DNA of 64,000 nt from the human T2T-CHM13v2.0 reference genome, Homo sapiens: assembly GCF_009914755.1 (NCBI RefSeq), contig NC_060929.1, one strand, 5' to 3'. The translations under genes and the position numbers were made by a program. Position 1 is the stretch's first letter; every line of letters starts with the position of its first letter. The notes beneath the pieces are model-generated. The model saw only the letters and a program-made list of their open reading frames with translations. It did no database searches and was not told where the DNA came from. This document shows, one piece after another, positions 54,531 through 64,000 of the stretch.

Positions 54531-57415
54531 CAGGCAACACTATCCCTTTAAGTGCCAGGAGGAGGTCAAGGTCAGAATCAGGACACCTCGCTTCCAGCTT
54601 GAGGGCACTGTTGATGATCTCAGTGATGCTCAGGCAAACCTGCAGCTCCACTGTGCCCCTTACTTATTTGTCAGGAGGAAGGCGAATTGTCCTGATGTGG
54701 CAGGTGTGCCCGGGAGGAAGCAGCAGCCAGGTAGCTCACGCAAACTGCAAGTGGCTCCCTTTACCATGCCCCATTGGCTTCGAGAATGTCACATGCAGAT
54801 CATACCTGCACAACTTTTTCCATTCTGACAATACCTTCTCTGTTGCATGCTACTCCTCCTCCCAGCTGTGTTCATATTTGCTCAGATATGGAGAAGAATG
54901 AAACTTTGAAGAAGAGAATGACTTGCAGTTTTCTGGTTCCACATGCAAAGAGCTTGGAAGTAGTCATTCCGTTCTAACAATAAGTAAAAATCTGGACAAA
55001 CTGAAACATTGACAACTCTTCTTAGATCCCTCAGGGAATTTAGGTCACAGATAAAAACCACTACTCCAAAACTGAAGAAAGACAATCAATACTGATATTG
55101 AAGAAGACAGTCAATACTGATATCACAACTTACTGGAACAGAAACCTAAGAATTGAAGCCTCCACAGGAAACAGTGCTGGAGCAGAAAAACCTGAATTCT
55201 AATTGATGAATTCCTAGAGGCTCAGTGTGGAAGTCTGAGAGTAAAAAACTACAAAGGACCCCAGTCATTGGGAGGCCCCCAGATTTTTGTAAGTTTGACC
55301 TCCAGGAGCTCTGCCAGGTTCTCATGGTGAGCAGCAGAAATCAATCCCCTTGTGCTTTCAACAGGGGAGAGAAAAAGAACCATTCTGAAACATGCAAGAG
55401 CATTCGTTCTTAACAACACCTGCCACAACAAGAAACTATTTAGCCAGAGATTAATGTGTTGAGGTTCTATCATATCATAACTGACTTGGAAGAAGAAAAA
55501 ATGTTCAACTCAAGCCCCTTCTAGTCTTCTACTGGGAGGAAGGAAATACCCAACTCCAGCTCACTCTAGACCCCTGTCTCACCTAAGGGGGAGGAAGACT
55601 GAGAAATACCTGTGAAGTCCACAACCCAGAGGCACAGGCTAACTGAAAGACTGAGCACTACTCAGAGGACTATAAAATGCTTCTTCTTCCCCTACACCTT
55701 CCTACCACATTAGTAAAGTCCTGTATACACTAGTTCCTTTTACCTGGTACATCATGCGCAGCTTTCAAGAAAAGATTACAAGGCAAATTAAAGAAAAAAA
55801 AAACATTTGAAGAGACACAGTAAGCATGAAAACCAGACAGGGATGTTGGATGTTGGCAGAGATGTTGGAATTCGACTGGGAATTTAAAATAACTATGATA
55901 AATATGCTAAGAAACCTACAGGATAAAGTAGGCAGCATACATAAACAGATGGGTAATTTAATCAGATAGATTAAAATTCTAAGGAAGAATCAAAATGAAG
56001 AATGCCTTTGATGGGCTTATCAGTAGACTGAACATAGCTGAGGAAACAATCTCTGAGCTTGAGGATGTATCAATAAAAACCTCCAAAACAAAAAAAAAAG
56101 CAAAGATAAAAAAGATTAAAAAACTAACACACAAACAAAAACCAGATCAGAATATTTAAAAACTGGAACAGCTACAAACAATGCAACACAAGTGCATGAG
56201 AAACTCCAGAAAAAAAAGAAAGAGGAAAAACAACAGGAGAAATATTTGAAACAGTAATGACTGAGAGATGCCATCAAATTAATACAAGACACAAAACCAC
56301 TAATCAAAGAGGCTGACAGAATATCAAACAGGATAAATACCACAGACAGACACACACACACAACAAAACAAAATTTTAAAATAAAACATTATACCTAGTC
56401 ATAACTTATTCAAATTACAGAAAGTTAATAATAAGAGAAAAAATCCTGAAAGGAGCCAGAGGGGGAAAACACCTATAGAAGAGCAAAGGTAACAATCAAA
56501 TCTAATTTCTCCTCGGAAACCATGCAAGCAAGTAGTAAGTAAAATATGTAAATGCTCAGGGAAAAAATAAAACAAAACAAAAGCCTACCAACCTAGAATT
56601 TTTTATCCTGCAAAATTATTCTTTATTAATGAAGGAGAAATGAAGACTTTCTTACACAAACAAAAATTGTAAAAATGTGCTGCCAGTAGACCAGTCTTTC
56701 AAGAAATTTTAAAAGAAGCTCCTAGCTCTATAGATAACTTAAGGTTATAAAATAGATCAGCAACTCAGATCTGCATACAGAAAGAAAAAGCATTAGAGAA
56801 GGAGTAAGTGAAGTCATGGCAAGACTTTTATTTTTCTTATTCTTGATTGGTCTAAGAGATAATTGTCCAAATTAATAATCTTGATAATTTATTTGAATAT
56901 ATATATATGCTTATATATAAGTGAAGTAAATGATAGCAATTACGCATGAAATGGAAGGGATGAATTAGAATTCCTTTGTTATTAAAGGATTCTTGCACTA
57001 TGCTTAAAGTGGTATAGTGCTATTTGGAAGTGGACTTGGATTAGTTGTAAAAATATATGACAAACTTTAGAGCAACAAGTAAAAAAGTAAAAAAAAAATG
57101 TGTAACTAATGGACTAAGAAAAGTGAGAAAACAGAAGCATTCAAACTGCTCAATTAAAACCACAAAAGGCAGACGAAAATGTGGAAAACAAAAATAGAAA
57201 CAACTAATAAGGGCAATAAATTAAAAATAGTGACATATATGGTAGATATTAATCTGACTATATTAATAATCACATTAAATGTCAATGATCTAAATGTACC
57301 AGTTAGAAGACAGAAATTATCAGAGTGTGTCAAAAAATAAGACTCATCTATAAGTTATCTATGATAAATGAACTTTAAATATTAATACACATACAGATTA
57401 AAAATAAATGGTTGG

Positions 57416-57772
<357 letters not shown>

Positions 57773-58824
57773 CTAGAAAATCTAGAAGAAATGAATAAAT
57801 TTCTGGACACATACACCCACCGAAGACTGAACCAGGAAAGAACTGAATTCCTGAGTAGACCAATAACGAGTTCTGAAATTGAATCAGTAATAAATAGACT
57901 ACCAACAACAACAAAAAAAAACCCAGGACCAGATAGATTTACAGCTGCATTCTACCAGAGGTACAAAGAAGAGCTGGTACCATTTCTATTGAAACTATTC
58001 CAAAAAATTGAAAAGGAATAATTCCTCCCAAACTCATTCTACAAGGCTAGCATCATCCTGATACCAAAACCTGACAGAGATACAACAACAACAAAAAACT
58101 TCAGCACAATATCTTTGATGAACATTGACACAAAAATCCTCAACAAAATACTGGCAAACCGAATACAGCAGCAGGTCAAAAAGCTTATTTGCCACCATCA
58201 AGTAGGCTTCACCCCCAGGATGCAAGGCTGGTTCATATATACAAATTAATAAATGAGATTCATCATATAAATAGAACCAAAGACAAAATAATTATCAAAA
58301 GACCATGATTATCTCAGTAGATGCAGAAAAGGCCTTTGATAAAATTAAATATCACTTCATGTTAAGCTCTCCCCCAAAAAACTAGGTATTGAAGAAACAT
58401 ACCTCAGAAGATTAAGAGCCATATATGATAAACCCACAGCCGATATCATATTGAATGAGCAAAAACTGGAAGCACTCCCCTTGAAAATCACCACAAGACA
58501 AGGTTGTCCTTTTTCACCATTCCTCTTTAACATAGTATTGGAAGTTCTGGCCTGGGCAATCAGGCAAGAGAAAAAAATAAAGTGTATTCAAATAGGAAGA
58601 AAAGAAGTCAAGCTACCTTTGCTTGCAGATGACTTGATTTTATATCTAGAAATCCCAATTGTCTCAGCCCAAAAGCTTCTTATGCTAATGAGCAACTTTA
58701 TCAAACTCTCCAGATTCAAAATAAATGTGCAAAAGTCACTAGCATTCCTGTACACCAAGAGCAGGCGAGCCAAGAACCAAATCACTAATGTACTCCCACT
58801 CACAATTGCCACAAAAAGAACTTA

Positions 58825-59157
<333 letters not shown>

Positions 59158-59641
59158 TACAGCTAACAAGGGAAGTGAAGGACCTCTTCAAAGAACTACA
59201 AAACACTGCTCAAAGAAATCAGAGATGATACAAACAAATGGAAAAACATTCCATGCTCATGAATAGAAAGACTCAATATCATGAAAATGGCCATACTGTC
59301 CAAAGTAATTTATAGATTCAAAGCTATTCCTATTAAACTACTATTGAAATTCTTCACAGAATGAGGGAAAAAATGTTAAAGTTCAATAGAACCAACAAAA
59401 AGAGCCCACATAACCAAAGCAATCCTAAGGAAAAAGAGCAAAGCTGGAGGCATCATGCTACCTGACTTCAAACTATACTACAGGGCTACTGTAACCAAAA
59501 CAGGATGGCACTTGTACCAAAACAGACACCTAGACCAATTAAACAGAATAGAGAACCCAGAAATAAAACTGCACACCTGCAACCATCTGATTTTCAACAA
59601 ACCTGACATAAGCAAGCAATGAGAAAAGGATTCCATATTTA

Positions 59642-59967
59642 TTTTTTATTTATTATTTATTGTTTTTGAGACAGAGCCTCTCCCTGTTGCCCAGGCTGGA
59701 GTACAGTGGTGCAATCTTGGCTCACTGCAACCTCCGCCCCCAGGTTCAAGTGATTCTCCTGCCTCAGCCTCCGAAGTAGCTGGGATTAAAGGTGCCCACC
59801 ACCATGCCTGGCTAATTTTTTTATTTTTAGTAGAGATGGGGTTTCACCATGTTGGCCAGGCTGGTCTTGAACTCTTGACCAGAAGTGATCCATCCACCTC
59901 TGCCTCCCAAAGTGCTGGGATTTATTAAATACGGAATCCTGCCTGGCATGAGCCACCATGCCTAGCC
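59642..59967 (-). mobile_element. AluS inside the L1PA, with an internal ~24-nt insertion
   Basis: Antisense Alu; TSD GATTCC(A/C)TATTTA at 59629-59641 and 59969-59981. Confidence 0.95.
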
Positions 59968-62473
59968 AGATTCCCTATTTAATAAATGGCACTGGGAGAA
60001 CTGGCTATCCATGTGTGTGAAATTGAAACAGGACCCCTTCCTTACACCACATACAAAAATCAACTCAAGATGGATTAAAAACTTAAATTTAAAACCCAAA
60101 ACTAAGAATCCCAGAAGAAATCCTAGGTAAAACCATTCAGGATATAGGCACAGGCAAAGATTTCATGATGAAAATGTCAAAAGCAATTGCAACGAAATAA
60201 AAAAATGACAAATGGGATCTAATTAAACTAAAGAGCTTCCACACAGCAAGAGAAACTATCAACACAGTAAACGGACAAGCTACAGAATGGGACAATATTT
60301 TGCAAACTATCTGTCTGACAAAAGTCTAATACCCAGTGTCCATAAGGAAGTTAAAAACATTTACAAGAAAAAAACAAGCAACCCCATTAAAAAGTGGGTA
60401 TAGGACATGAACAGACACTTCTCAAAAGAAGACATACATGCAACCAACAAACAAACATATGAATAAAAGCTCAACACCACTGATCATTAGAGAAATGCAA
60501 ATTAAAACCACAATGAGATGCCATCTCACACCCGTCAGAATGGCTATTAGTAAAAGGTCAAAAAACAACAGATACTGGTGAGGCTGTGGAGAAAAAGGAA
60601 TGCTTTTACTCTGTTGGTGAGAGTGTAAATTAGTTCAACTGTTGTGAAGACAGCGTGATGATTCCTGAAAGTCCTAGATGCAGAAATACCATTTGACCCA
60701 GCAATCCCATTACTGGGTATACACTCCAAGAAAAGTAAATCTTTCTATTATAAGGACAGATGCATTTGTATGTCCATTGCAGCATTATTCACAATAGCAA
60801 AGACAAGGAATCAACCTAAATGTCCATCAATAGTATACTGGATAAAGAAAATATGATATATGTATGTATATACACAATCGAATACTATGCAGCCATAATA
60901 AGGAATGAGATCATGTCCTTTTCAGAGACATGAATGGAGCTGGAGGCCATTATCCTTAGCAAACTAACTCAGGAACAGAAAACCAAATGCCGCATGTTCT
61001 CATTTATATGTGGGAGTTGAATGATGAGAACTGATAAACACATGGGAAGAAGACAACACACATTGGGCCTGTTGGAGGGCGGGGCCTGAGAGGAGGGAGA
61101 GGATAAAGATGAATAGCTAATGAATGCTGGGCTTAACACCTAGGTGATGGGCTGATCTGTGCAGCAAAGGACCATGGCCTACATTTAGTTATGTAACAAG
61201 CCTGCACATCCTGCACATGTACCCCTGAACTTAAATAAAATTTAGGAATTTTTTTAAAAAAGAACTGAAGTTCTCCGTAAACACTTTTACAATAAAAGCT
61301 GACTTATCCACTGCCACAACACACACACACACACAAATAAATAAATAAATAAATAATAAATGATTGGAGAAATATATACTATTCTAATATAAGGCAGAAG
61401 AAAGTGGAATTAGCTATACAAATTTCAGATAGAACAGAATTTATAGATATGAAAATTATCATAAACAAATGCCATTACATAATAAAAATGTTTAATACTC
61501 CAAGAAGACATAACAATCTTCTGCATACATGTGCTTAGCAAGAGAGCATCAAACTACTTGAGTGAAAAACTAAACTGCAAGAATAAATTCACAAATCCAC
61601 TACCATAGTTACAGATTTCAACATGCTTGTATCAGAATGGACAGATCCAGCACAGAGAAAATCAGTAAGAACAGCCTTAAACTCAACAGCACATCAATCA
61701 ACGGGATTTCATTGACAACTATAGACTACTTCACCAAACAACACCAAAATATACATTCTTCTCAAGCTCTTATGGAAAATTTACCAAAATACATCACATT
61801 CTGGGTTCAGAAAACACATCTTAACAAACTAAAAAAAAACATACAATGTCTGTTCTCAGATAGCAATGAAATTACACTAAAAGAAAATAACAGAAAGAAA
61901 ATGGAAAATCTCAAAATACCTGGAGACACTTCTAAATAACACAGGAGTCAAATTTAAAAATCTCAAAGGAAACTTTTTAAAAATTTTTAAAAATGAAAAT
62001 ATGACACAATTTATCAAAATTTTCTAGATACAATAAAAGCAGTGTATAAAGTGAGATTTATAGCACTGAAGGCATATATTAGAAAAAATAAAGAGCTAAA
62101 ATCAATAATCAAAGTTTCCACTTTAGAAAACTAGAAAACAAAGAGCAAATTATATCTGAAGAGAGCAGAATAAAAGAAATAATTAGAGCTAGAGCAGAAA
62201 TCATTGAAATTGAAAACAAGAAATCAATAGAAAGTATCATCAACTACAAGAAAAGTTGTTTCTTTGAAAAGATCAGGAAAACCAACAAGCCTCTATACAA
62301 GATAACTAAGAGAAAGAAAAGAAAAGAAAATTAACTGCTATCAAAAATTAAAGAGAGCACATCACCGCAAATACCATACACATTTGCTAACCTAGACAAA
62401 ATGAACCAATTCCTTGGAAGGCACAATCTGCCAAAATTCACAGAAGAAAAAGTAGACAATCTGTGTATAAATA

Positions 62474-63006
62474 CAGTTGTTCCACAGTCTCCTTGAACAA
62501 TTGGTTCCACAACTTCCCACAGGTAACAAAATTCATGGATGCTCAATTCCATTATACAAAATTGTATAAAACTATATTTATATTTTTATAAAATATAAAT
62601 TTATATATAATATATAACTATATGTTTATATTTTTATCCATTATTTAAAATTTGGTTTTCTGTTTTCAATTTCAATGATTTCTGCTCTAGCTCTAAAATT
62701 CATGGATGCTCAATTCCGTTTTATATAATTTTGGTATCTGTAGGGGTTCCTGGAACCAATTACCCAAGGAGACTGAGGAACAACTGTATATATATATATA
62801 CACAGATTCTCCCATACACTTTAAATAATTTCTAGACTATTTATAATACCTGATACAATGTAAATAATAGTTAAATAATTGTTATGCTATATAATATTTT
62901 TAAAAATTTTATTATTTTTATTGTTGTGGATTTTATTGGTTTTTCAAATATTTATGATCTGTAATTGGTTGAATCTGCAGATACAGATCCCAAAGAAGGC
63001 TGACTA
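62474..63006 (+). mobile_element. MER2 (TcMar-Tigger) with a complex internal rearrangement
   Basis: TA-CAGTTGTTCC start; ATTGGTTCCA and GGATGCTCAA; resumes CTCCCATACACTTTAAATAATTTCTAGA; ends TTGGTTGAATCTGCAGAT...GGCTGACTA-TA. Confidence 0.85.
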
Positions 63007-64000
63007 TATGTATAATTGAATCCATAATTAATAACCTTGCAAAACAGAAAGCACTAGGCCCAGATGGGTTCACCAGTGAATTCCACCAAACATTTAAAAA
63101 AGAAATTATATCAATTCTTCACAATCTCCTCTATAAAATAGAAGTACAGGGATTACTTCCTAACCTATGCTGTGAAGCAAGCATTGTCCTAATATTAAAA
63201 CCATCTAAAAATATGACAAGTAAAGAAACCACAGAGTGATATCTCTTATAAATATAGCTGGAAAAAATCCTCAACAAAATATTAGCAAGTTGAATCCAAC
63301 AATGTATTAAAATAGTTATATACCATGACTAAGTGTGATGTAGCTCAGGAATGACCAGGAATTCAAGGCTGGATCAACATTTGAAAATAAATTAATTTAA
63401 TCTATCACATTTACAGCCTAGATAAGAAAAAAAAAATCACTTTATCATATGAACAGATGTAGAAAAGGCATTTGACAAAATCCAACACCCATTAAATTTT
63501 ATAATAAAAAAGTTTGAATAAACTGGGATTAGAAGTTTAATTTCTTCAATTTAATAAAGTATATTAACAAAAACCCTACAGCTAATATCATACTTAATGG
63601 TGAGAAACTAGGAGCTTTTCCACTAAGATCAGGAATGAGGCAAACATTTCTTCTCTCATGACTCCTTTTCAATATTGTACTAGTAAATGCAATATGCCAA
63701 GAGAAGAAAATAAAAAATACACAGATTGAAAAGGAAGAAATAAAATTGCCTTCATTCACAGATGATGTAATTATCTATGTAGAAATTCAGAAAAAGTCAA
63801 CAAAAAAACTGGAACTAATAAGTAAACTATAGCAAGATAGCAGGATATGAGGTTAATATGCAAAAGTCAATTGCTTTCCTATATATCAGAAATGAACAAG
63901 TAAAAATTTTCATTGGCAAATTAAATTAAAAACATAATGCCATTGGCATTGGCACTAAAAAAGGAAAATATTTAGGAATAAATCTAACAAAACATATACA

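Overview
Primate (most likely human) genomic DNA with no protein-coding gene I can recognise; I cannot name the locus from sequence alone. Both ends are nested retroelement clusters. At ~1.9-11.2 kb, two old L1M elements sit back to back, carrying a younger L1PA, an L1MC 3' end and Alus. At ~54.9-64 kb, an old L1M that retains 5' sequence is split by an L1PA, three Alus and a MER2. The middle is repeat-poor, with scattered MIR, L2, MaLR/ERVL LTRs and hAT elements, several AT-rich homeobox-motif-dense blocks resembling conserved developmental enhancers, an orphan CpG island with NRF1/E2F/half-CRE motifs (~44.0-44.9 kb), and candidate lncRNA exons on the minus strand. The best-supported unusual signals are mutational fossils: four separate locally templated insertions or fold-back inversions, an L1 3' transduction, and an Alu inserted into the target-site duplication of an L1. 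The ORF track is explained by L1 ORF2 remnants, Alu/LTR sequence, microsatellites or chance. I found no convincing novel multi-gene system. Repeat subfamily calls are from remembered consensus sequences and most boundaries are approximate.
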